Assembly (NCBI GenBank): GCA_045568075.1
Contig: JBJLBP010000001.1
Span: forward strand, 1,170,001 to 1,202,000
Reading direction: 5' to 3'
Length of the DNA stretch: 32,000 nucleotides
Source: Candidatus Thalassarchaeaceae archaeon
GTDB lineage: Archaea; Thermoplasmatota; Poseidoniia; Poseidoniales; Thalassarchaeaceae
The position numbers were made by a program, and so were the translations under genes. Numbering within the stretch: position 1 is the stretch's first letter; each line of letters starts with the position of its first letter. The notes under the pieces are model-generated. The model made no database searches. It was not told the origin of the DNA and saw only the letters and a program-made list of their open reading frames with translations. Shown here in pieces: positions 6,588-15,100 of this stretch.

Positions 6588-9500
6588 ATGGTCGTGGGTA
6601 TCTCGGACCTCGCGAGATTCGAGAGGTTGACTCCATTTCGAGTCCGAGATGTGCTTCTTGTCGCCAGCCCGTTCGATCATTATCTGCTCGAAGAATCAGG
6701 CTATCTCGCTGAAATCATGCGGCAGGAGTACTCAGACCTCAACCTCTCACAAGCACCACGAATGATTCACAGCCCTCAAGCCCGCGATGCCCTTGAACTC
6801 CTGCGAACTAGAAACTTCGACCTCGTCATTACCATGGCGAGGGTTGGTGTCATGGATGCATATGCATTTGGCCGCGAGGCAAAACGCATTCATGCCGACA
6901 TGCCGGTAGTTATGCTGAGCCACAATACGCGAGAATTAGCCACCCTACACGCTGGTGACGGTATAGACCGAATTTTTGTTTGGACCGGCGATAGCCGTAT
7001 TCTGCTCTCGATTTGCAAACTTATCGAAGATGAAAGAAATGTTGCTAATGATGTCAAAAATGCCGATGTGCAGGTGATTCTACTCGTCGAGGATAGTCGG
7101 CGATTCTATTCCGCCTACCTACCTTTACTCTACACACAACTCGTTAACCAGACTATGCGCTTAATGGGCGAAGGTGGCAATCTGCATGAGAGGGTTCTGA
7201 GGCTACGCGCCCGTGCAAAAATTCTCTTGGCAAGCGATTACCAAACCGCGCAGGAAATCTTCGACAAATATCATCGTAATATCATTGGAATTTTCACCGA
7301 TGGAAAGTTTCCCGATACGGTCGATGGAAGAGATAATGCTGGCTTGAAATTGGTCAAATATGCCCAAGCAGTGGATTCTAATCTGCCAATTCTATTTCAA
7401 TCGAAAAATATTGAGTTGAAGGAAGATGCTGAGGCACTTGGTGTTAGGTTCGTTCACAAAGAGGATTCTCAATTGTACTCTCGGATTGCTGAATTTATGC
7501 TTGAAGAGATGAGTTTCGGAGATTTCGTATTCAAGTCACCAGACGGTGAAGAAATCGGCCGATCTTCTACACTGATCGAACTGACAAAGATGCTTAAGGA
7601 AGCCCCGATTGAATCAGTAGTTCACCATGCCCAGCGAAATCAATTCTCACATTGGCTTCGTACTCGAACCGAATTTACTCTCGCTGCTCGAATTCGTCCA
7701 CTCACGCTATCCGACTTCGATACCACAGAAGAGATTCGAGAATTTATTCTCGAATCAATTCAATCACATGTTCTACAGATTCGCAGTAGGACGATTCGAG
7801 ACCACAATACTGAGAATCTGGAAGCAGGGTTTCAAAGAATTGGCAGAGGTAGTCTTGGCGGCAAAGGTCGTGGTCTCGCCTTCTTCTTCACGCGGATGCC
7901 AGACCTAGGGTTGGAAGGTGAATTCCCTGAGGTCAAATTCATCATTCCGAATTCGGTTGTGCTTTCTACGGATGTCTTCGGGGAATTCATTGGACAGAAC
8001 AATCTGTCACGCTTCGCACATGAGGCGTTTGAAGATGCTGAGGTCGATGCCGCATTCCTCGCTGGAGAGCTGAGCGAGAAAGTTCGCGATGATTTGACCT
8101 CGATTGTTTCGCGCTTAAGGAGACCTTTGGCGATTCGCTCGTCGAGCCTGCTAGAGGATGCGAGCCACCAGCCATTCGCAGGAGTCTACTCCACCCACAT
8201 GCTGGCGAATGATCACCATGACCTCGATGTCAGATTAGCTCGCTTGGAGGAGGCAATCAAATTGGTTTATGCCTCAACATTTCACAAGGGAGCAAAGGCG
8301 TACGTTGCCGCCACCCCATCGAATATCGAGGATGAGCGTATGGCGGTGGTCATTCAAGAATTAGTTGGCCGTGAAGTCAATGGGAGATTCTATCCTCATA
8401 TTTCCGGAGCTGCCCGTTCGCGCAATCATTACCCGGTCGATCCGCTGAAGGCTGAGGATGGAATTGCTGCAGTCTGTATCGGCCTCGGCCGCCAAGTCGC
8501 ATCGGGAGAGAAGTGTCTGAGATTCAGTCCCGGACAACCGAAAAGGATTCACCAATTCCACAGCACTGAATCGATGCTGGACACTTCGCAGACGAGTTTC
8601 TGGGCGATACCAATGGGGGCATCTGAGAACCCAGTATCGCCCGATGAGGCTGCAAACCTCGTCAATCTGAGTTTGAAGGATGCTGAGAGTGATGGTAGAC
8701 TCGGATTAGTAGGCTCCACCTATATCGTGGCCGATGACAGGATTGTTGACTCGGTGAAGGCAGATGGAGGGCCTCGAATCGTAAGCTTCGCACCAATTCT
8801 CAAACACAAGCGAGTACCACTCGCTGGGATTCTACACCATGTTTTGACACGGTGCGAAGCATATCTCAATTCACCGATAGAGATTGAATTCGCATTCATT
8901 GTTGATGAGAAGACGGACACACAAATCTTTGCTCTTCTCCAAGTTCGTCCAATCCTTGAGGAATCCGTAAACATCGACATCGACATGAGCGAGGTCGACC
9001 GAAACCGAGCGATCTGTATGTCAAGCCAAGCGCTTGGTAACGGAGTAATCGATGATATCAAAGATGTTGTCTATATTCATCCCAATCGACTCGACCGAAT
9101 GAGAACAAGTAATCTCACAGACCATATCGAGGCTATCGACGCAAAACTGCGAGCAGCAGGGCGCCCATATCTGCTGATAGGACCTGGGCGTTGGGGTTCT
9201 TCTGACCCATCTTTGGGAGTGCCGGTTTCGTGGGAACAAATTAGAGGTGCGAAAGCCATCATTGAAGTGCCAATGTCAGACATCCACGTCGAACCCAGTC
9301 AAGGTACTCACTTCTTCCAAAACATAGTCACTTTCAACATTGGATATCTGACTATTACAGCCGATGATATGCTGGATTTCGATTGGTTGGACAAAGTCGA
9401 TAGCGAGGAAGAGATCGGTCCACTGCGTCACATTGGACTCAAGTCTCCGCTGAAAGTTGTACTCGACAGCAGAGATTCAGAAGCAATCATCCTCAGATGA
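6588..9500 (+). CDS. Pseudo-receiver + receiver (REC) + PEP/pyruvate-binding (PPDK_N, ATP-grasp) domain protein with an extra C-terminal domain
   Basis: First REC-like domain: DVLLVASPFD...FDLVITMARV, where Met replaces the phospho-acceptor Asp. Second REC: ILLVEDS...IIGIFTDGKFP...ILFQSK...FVHK, which is intact. PPDK_N motifs: RIGRGSLGGKGRGLAFF, IRSSSLLEDASHQPFAGVYST, VVIQELV, IEIEFAF...LLQVRPI. Confidence 0.85.
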   Translation: MVVGISDLARFERLTPFRVRDVLLVASPFDHYLLEESGYLAEIMRQEYSDLNLSQAPRMIHSPQARDALELLRTRNFDLVITMARVGVMDAYAFGREAKRIHADMPVVMLSHNTRELATLHAGDGIDRIFVWTGDSRILLSICKLIEDERNVANDVKNADVQVILLVEDSRRFYSAYLPLLYTQLVNQTMRLMGEGGNLHERVLRLRARAKILLASDYQTAQEIFDKYHRNIIGIFTDGKFPDTVDGRDNAGLKLVKYAQAVDSNLPILFQSKNIELKEDAEALGVRFVHKEDSQLYSRIAEFMLEEMSFGDFVFKSPDGEEIGRSSTLIELTKMLKEAPIESVVHHAQRNQFSHWLRTRTEFTLAARIRPLTLSDFDTTEEIREFILESIQSHVLQIRSRTIRDHNTENLEAGFQRIGRGSLGGKGRGLAFFFTRMPDLGLEGEFPEVKFIIPNSVVLSTDVFGEFIGQNNLSRFAHEAFEDAEVDAAFLAGELSEKVRDDLTSIVSRLRRPLAIRSSSLLEDASHQPFAGVYSTHMLANDHHDLDVRLARLEEAIKLVYASTFHKGAKAYVAATPSNIEDERMAVVIQELVGREVNGRFYPHISGAARSRNHYPVDPLKAEDGIAAVCIGLGRQVASGEKCLRFSPGQPKRIHQFHSTESMLDTSQTSFWAIPMGASENPVSPDEAANLVNLSLKDAESDGRLGLVGSTYIVADDRIVDSVKADGGPRIVSFAPILKHKRVPLAGILHHVLTRCEAYLNSPIEIEFAFIVDEKTDTQIFALLQVRPILEESVNIDIDMSEVDRNRAICMSSQALGNGVIDDIKDVVYIHPNRLDRMRTSNLTDHIEAIDAKLRAAGRPYLLIGPGRWGSSDPSLGVPVSWEQIRGAKAIIEVPMSDIHVEPSQGTHFFQNIVTFNIGYLTITADDMLDFDWLDKVDSEEEIGPLRHIGLKSPLKVVLDSRDSEAIILR

Positions 9501-9593
9501 TGCGCGCTCGCGATTAATCTCTGAGAGTAACATCGACTTCAGGGCTTTGACTGAGCCAATCTTCTTGGGCGGTCTATCCGCAGGACAGATTCC

Positions 9594-11606
9594 ATGACCG
9601 CCGAGGCAGCCGATTCATCGCTGAGATACTTCGCCCATGGCGAGGTGCGAGACTCTCAAGCTGAGATGGTCGAAGATGGCTTTGAGGCGCTTCTATCCGA
9701 AGGGTTTCTGATGGCCTCAGCACCAACCGGTATTGGAAAGACGGCTGCGGCTCTAGCCAGTGCAATCTCTGTTCAGCGTTCCTCTGCCGACAACATCCGA
9801 ATCCTATTCCTTACCGGGAGGCAATCTCAGCATCGCATCGTTGTCGAAACGGCGAAACAGATCAATCAGCGTATGGAGCAGAACGAGCCCCTATTGCGAG
9901 TTGTCGATTTGATTGGTCGAGAGGGGATGTGTGAAAATGTCGACAGAATCAGCGGTCGGTGTGATTGTGAAGAAGAAATCGACTCCTCAATGAGAGAGGA
10001 ATTACGCGGCAATATCCGATCACAGATGTGGCGCGCACCGATGCATGTTGACGACATGATTCGCGCCAGTCGAAAAATTCAGCTCTGTCCATGGGCAACG
10101 GCGCGCGAGGCAGCCAAGAATTGCGACATTCTAGTCTGTGATTACAATCACGTCTTCATCGACAGTGTCAGAGAAGCATCCCTACCCACTATGGGAATCG
10201 AATTAGAGAATGTTATCCTAATAGTCGATGAGGCCCACAACCTCCCAGATAGAATACGTAATGGGATGGAGCGTCGCATCATCTCGAAGACATTTCGCGA
10301 TGCTCGATTCGAAGTTCAGGAGCATCTTGAGAAAGAGATAGAGAGAGCTGCTGCTAAGAATGAAGAAATCGATTTGGATGAGATGGAATGGGCTGAGAGG
10401 TCTCTCAAGCGTCTACAATCTGAGATGCCTCGCTGGTTCTCTGCTCGTGAGAAGCAATTAGCCCGCTCCAAGGATGATGACATGAGAATCGAGACAAAGG
10501 AAGTCTTGCAGGAAATGGAAGAAATACTCAACGAATCTCTTGATGAAACTCCCAGTGCAAGACATACCACTCTCAAACGATTAGTCACTCAACTGTATGT
10601 AGTTCGTGTCGATCTCGATGAGGATGATGATGATGAGAAGGAGACAAGTTGCGAGCGACTCGGCTCTTTCATCTCGACCTGCGGGCAGTATGAGGAATCG
10701 CCGGCTCTTGTTCTCGTCTTCGATAAATTGCTCGACGAGCCTCGAGTGCGATCTTTTCTACTCGACCCAGGAGTGGTCGCAGAAGCTCTGTTCAAAGCAT
10801 CTCGTGGTGCTATTTTGATGTCAGGAACTCTCTCTCCTCCAGAGATGTATCGAGACCTTCTGAGACTTCCTGAGGAACGGGGGGTATTAGCCAAGGAATA
10901 CGATTCACCATTCCTTTCTGAGCGGCGACCAGTACTCATCGCCCAGAATACAACCTCGCGCTATACCGAACGTGGTGAGGGGAATACGAACAATATTCGC
11001 GATCATATCATCGAAGTGATTCGAAACACACCAGGACACGTCGCTCTCTTCGCGCAGAGTTATGCTATGCTCGATACCGTTCTTGACGATTATCGATGGG
11101 TCCCTTGGGGTGTACGTGTAGAGAAGGAGACGGCTCGAATGTCAAAGCGTCAGGTTGGAAATTTCGTTGAAAATCTGTATCGGAAGCGACGTACAAATGA
11201 TCGGGTTCTACTTTGTGGAGTTCTCTCCGGAAAACTTGCAGAAGGTGTCGATTATCCCGAAAATATCCTCGACGCCGTAATCTGCATCGGTCTACCAGTT
11301 CCGCCGCCTAGCGCACGTCAGAAGGCCTTGACCGATTATTGTGAGGATAGATTCGGGTCTCATGCTGCTCGTCGCTATTCAAGCCATCAACCAGCGGTGA
11401 ACAGCGTTCTGCAAGCGATTGGTAGACCAATCCGAAAGGCCGAGGATAGAGCCCTAGTAGTAATCCTCGAGAAGAGGATGAGAGAGAGGCCGTATCGCTT
11501 CTGCCTCCCATCAAGCCTACAGATAATGAAATCACAAGATTCAGACCGAACCGCTCGGGTGGCCAAACGCTTCTTCGAACGGTTCCCAGAACCTGCGATT
11601 GAGTGA
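9594..11606 (+). CDS. xpd: XPD/Rad3-family Fe-S DNA helicase (DEAD_2 / Helicase_C_2)
   Basis: Walker A SAPTGIGKT and DEAH box IVDEAHNL. Cys cluster C113, C123, C125 and C165 lies between motifs I and II. Also ILVCDYNHVF and the C-terminal GKLAEGVDYP and QAIGRPIR. Confidence 0.9.
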   Translation: MTAEAADSSLRYFAHGEVRDSQAEMVEDGFEALLSEGFLMASAPTGIGKTAAALASAISVQRSSADNIRILFLTGRQSQHRIVVETAKQINQRMEQNEPLLRVVDLIGREGMCENVDRISGRCDCEEEIDSSMREELRGNIRSQMWRAPMHVDDMIRASRKIQLCPWATAREAAKNCDILVCDYNHVFIDSVREASLPTMGIELENVILIVDEAHNLPDRIRNGMERRIISKTFRDARFEVQEHLEKEIERAAAKNEEIDLDEMEWAERSLKRLQSEMPRWFSAREKQLARSKDDDMRIETKEVLQEMEEILNESLDETPSARHTTLKRLVTQLYVVRVDLDEDDDDEKETSCERLGSFISTCGQYEESPALVLVFDKLLDEPRVRSFLLDPGVVAEALFKASRGAILMSGTLSPPEMYRDLLRLPEERGVLAKEYDSPFLSERRPVLIAQNTTSRYTERGEGNTNNIRDHIIEVIRNTPGHVALFAQSYAMLDTVLDDYRWVPWGVRVEKETARMSKRQVGNFVENLYRKRRTNDRVLLCGVLSGKLAEGVDYPENILDAVICIGLPVPPPSARQKALTDYCEDRFGSHAARRYSSHQPAVNSVLQAIGRPIRKAEDRALVVILEKRMRERPYRFCLPSSLQIMKSQDSDRTARVAKRFFERFPEPAIE

Positions 11607-11657
11607 TTAGTAGTCAATGGATTCATCCGAGACGGTTTGTTGGAGGGGACGAGAGCA

Positions 11658-12119
11658 ATGTGGGAAAGAGTCGATATCGAGGGCATCGAGAACTTGAGAG
11701 TGCCATCATCAGAGGGTACTGAACATGGATTAGATGTGAGTGCTGAATCGATGCACCAACTCTTCCTAGCCGACTTACCACACCTTGATTCGGTAAGACG
11801 CAATCACGGAAATGTCGTGGAAATGGTATCTGGGAGCGTCGAGAGTTCGATGACGGCGGCTCGTTCGTTTGAGACTCCGAATATTTCGTTCGATGAACTC
11901 GATGAGAAATCTGCCCGAGCCGGGTTCGACATCACTCTAGAGACCGACGCTCTCACAGATTTGATGGTCAGTACGAGCATCAACGATGGACGAAGATTGG
12001 TTCGCGTTATCGCTCCAGAGCGATTTGGCGGCTTGGTTCACACCCTCTCAATGCCACCTGCATTGGCCATCGATACGGCAGTGCTAGATGGAGAAATCCT
12101 TCGGTTAAAATTCGATTGA
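11658..12119 (+). CDS. Hypothetical protein; the C-terminal half may have an Hsp20/alpha-crystallin-like fold
   Basis: GGAGG lies 11 nt upstream of ATG 11658. The C-terminal pattern FDITLETDALTDLMVSTSINDGRRLVRVIA...HTLSMPPALAIDTAVLDGEILRLKF resembles the ACD strand pattern. The match is weak and judged by eye only. Confidence 0.45.
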   Translation: MWERVDIEGIENLRVPSSEGTEHGLDVSAESMHQLFLADLPHLDSVRRNHGNVVEMVSGSVESSMTAARSFETPNISFDELDEKSARAGFDITLETDALTDLMVSTSINDGRRLVRVIAPERFGGLVHTLSMPPALAIDTAVLDGEILRLKFD

Positions 12120-12150
12120 ACCCATTCTGGGCTTGGCCAATCGAGTAACT

Positions 12151-15100
12151 TCACGCCGCTGCTTCAGCCAAATCGTAGGAATCTCTCTCTGGAACTTCCT
12201 GCAAATCATCAATCTCTTGAAGAACCATGGAGAGAGCATGCTGTGCATTTTGTCGGTGACCATCACCCAGCCGGTGAGAAGAGTATCTTGCTTCCTCGAA
12301 AATTCTATCGAGAGCAACAAGAGCCTGCTCACTAATCGGTAGGGCCTTACGAATAGCCATCTCGAACTCCCTGACGGTCTCGAAGTCCCTTCGCAGGAAT
12401 CCGTGTCGCATCAGAATGTTGCAGAGGCTCTCATAGCAATTGAAGATGGCTTCACGGATTTCATCACCGGCAGCAAGGAGTTCCGCAGTATAACTGAAGA
12501 TTCCTGCCAACTCATCCATTGCAACTTGCCGGCGCTTCCTCAATGAGAGAGCCAGTCCAGCTACGGTGCCGAGTATGATTGCAGCACCGATCAAGGCGAT
12601 GATTTGCCAGAATGTTAACAATGGAGCCGGGTCTTCGTAAGTCATCTGGATTCCTCCATGTTCATTGGCTAACCAGAATCGGTCAGCCGGACTGATCAAT
12701 TGAGAATCCGTCTGGAAAATGAGCGATAGTTCACCCCATCGAGATGTCTTGTAGAATGATGGTTGATCACTAATTACGAATTCGTAATCCATGATTCCAT
12801 TAGCATCTGTAAGCTTCACATTCTGGAAGTGGATCATAGAGCTGTTGACCAGTCGGGCCACGATTGAGATACCCTCCACAGGAAGACCTGTGTCAGTCGC
12901 TGTTACGGTAACGGTTCCGTTGATTCTGCGCTGCTCTTCCTTGATGTGTTGACTATCTGGACTAAAGGTGAATGTAACCGGAACTCGGATATTCACGATG
13001 TGTTCAATTTCAGCGGCGTTAAGATATCGATCGGCATCGGCGAGCGCAGCAAGAGATAGCGATAGCTCACCTGGTGGCATTGTTGATCGAGCAGGTGAGC
13101 GTAGGTCGAAATGCCCAGTCGAATCATCCCACATCACTGTCGAACTCTCAGCCGCACCATTCCAGACTAGAACAACATCCATCTCTTCGATGACATTGCC
13201 TTCACCTCCGACCTCGACAATTCGTCCGACAACTTCGATATTGTAAGCATCATTCGAGCGGATGATGATGTCGGTTTGCCAAAGCACCTCAATGATCACA
13301 TCCGCTCGCGCAAATACAGTCATGTTGTACTCTACAGGAAGATAGAACGTCTGTCCTTCGAAGGTGAATCGAATGTCGTGACCACCACGAGCAATTAGAT
13401 ATCCAATCGAGTGGTCGAACATGAAATTACCATCATTACCAGTAGTCATCCTGTGAATCTCTTCGCCATCGAGTGTGACAACAATCTCTCGTCCTACCAA
13501 ACCAGGAGCTCCGGGTGTGTCAGAATCGAATAGTCGCCCGCTGAAATTCCATTTCTCACCGCGCGTTACAGAGACATCGTCAACCTGAAGATTCATCCCT
13601 GTATGGTAAGCAATGGTGAGATTCCCGTCAACGCTTCCTGGGCGGTGGTAACCCTGTGCAGGTGCCGAGACGGTGATTGTGTGGAATCCAACATCTAGGA
13701 AGTCAGAGATTACCCAATTGTAAGCCCAATCACCATTCTCATCGGTGGTTGTTATTCCAATCAAAGTTCCATCGATGAATATCTCGATTGAATGGTTCGC
13801 GAGCCAACCTTGAGGCAAGTTGTCTCGAACGGTTCCTCGTAGCCTCATTTCATCGCCGACTGCATGGGCTGCAGGAGGCTCCAAGGAGACGATTGCCGGA
13901 CCGAATACGGTGAACACAGTCGTCGAATTCGATGGGAGGATGAACTCTTCTCCAGCGAATGTGATTTTGACCAGACGAGGACCGAGTTCCATATCAGGAG
14001 GTATCGGCACATAGATGCTGAAAGTGCCATTCGCAGTAACCTGTAATCCTGTGAGGAATTGGTTGTTCATCGTAACCTCAAGATACCTATCACCCAAAGT
14101 TCGTCCTGCTCCATCGGTAAGCATTCCCTCTATCAAGAGAAGTTCATTCCGATCCACTTCCCCTGGTGGGGTAGTCAGTACTACCTGTGAAGTCTGAGTG
14201 ACGTTGAATACTTGAGTTGTGCTTGACGGTAGGTAATACTCAGGATTTAGCGAATCGCCTTGACCCATCGGGTCGACCCAAGTGAAGCCTCCAAGGAATT
14301 TCGCGGTCACGGTGTGAGCGCCGTAATCAGAATCCAGTGGGAGATTGTAGGTGACTGACCAAATCCCATCGGAAGCGTTCGAACGTGTTGTGTATGTAGA
14401 TCCAACATCGACACCGTCTATCCAGATGTGTATGATGCCTCCAGCAACTAAGCCGCTGTCAGTAAGAGTTTGACCGTGCTCATCGAGCAGAGTTCCGGTG
14501 AATGTGATACTCTCTCCAGCAATCATCGAACCGGACATCTCTGTTATCTCCAGCACGGTTGGTGCCAGAACTATTACGCGAGTCCAGGTCAAATCTCCTT
14601 CAAGTCCTGTTGTGCCATTGATACCAGCGAATTCTGCCGTAATCAGCATCGGACCTTGAATTCTGAGTGAATCGACAGGTATCGTTAGTGACGCGCGGCC
14701 ATCAACATCAGTCGGTATCGTCTGCAGGTAGATGCCATCTACGAGAATATCGACATTCGCGTTACTGACAAGCTGCCCAGCGTTATCGATTAGCGAGATG
14801 TTGACGCTAACATCGTCGCCGCGAATAACTCGACGGTCAGGGTCTAGATCGGCTGGATCAACAATTGTAATCAGCGAATAACCACGACTGTCAAACAAGC
14901 CAGTTCCACTACTGGAACCGTAGTAGTTCACCGTTGGAGTATAACTCGCAGTTAGGTTGTGGGTTCCTCGTGGGAATGAGAGACCAAGAGTCACAATTGC
15001 GTCCCAAGTTCCATTTGGATTTACAGCTCCTCCAACTACTTGGAAGCCAGAGTCGGAGCCATCTATCTCGAAAGTCAGGAAGGCTACTATCGAGGAACCA

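Noticed and set aside
6558-6592. TGATGA (box C-like) on the minus strand near 6580, and an inverted repeat TGATG...CATCA, considered as a C/D box sRNA
   Set aside because: No appropriately spaced CTGA box D or C'/D' motifs are present. The element overlaps the start codon of the REC-PPDK_N gene.
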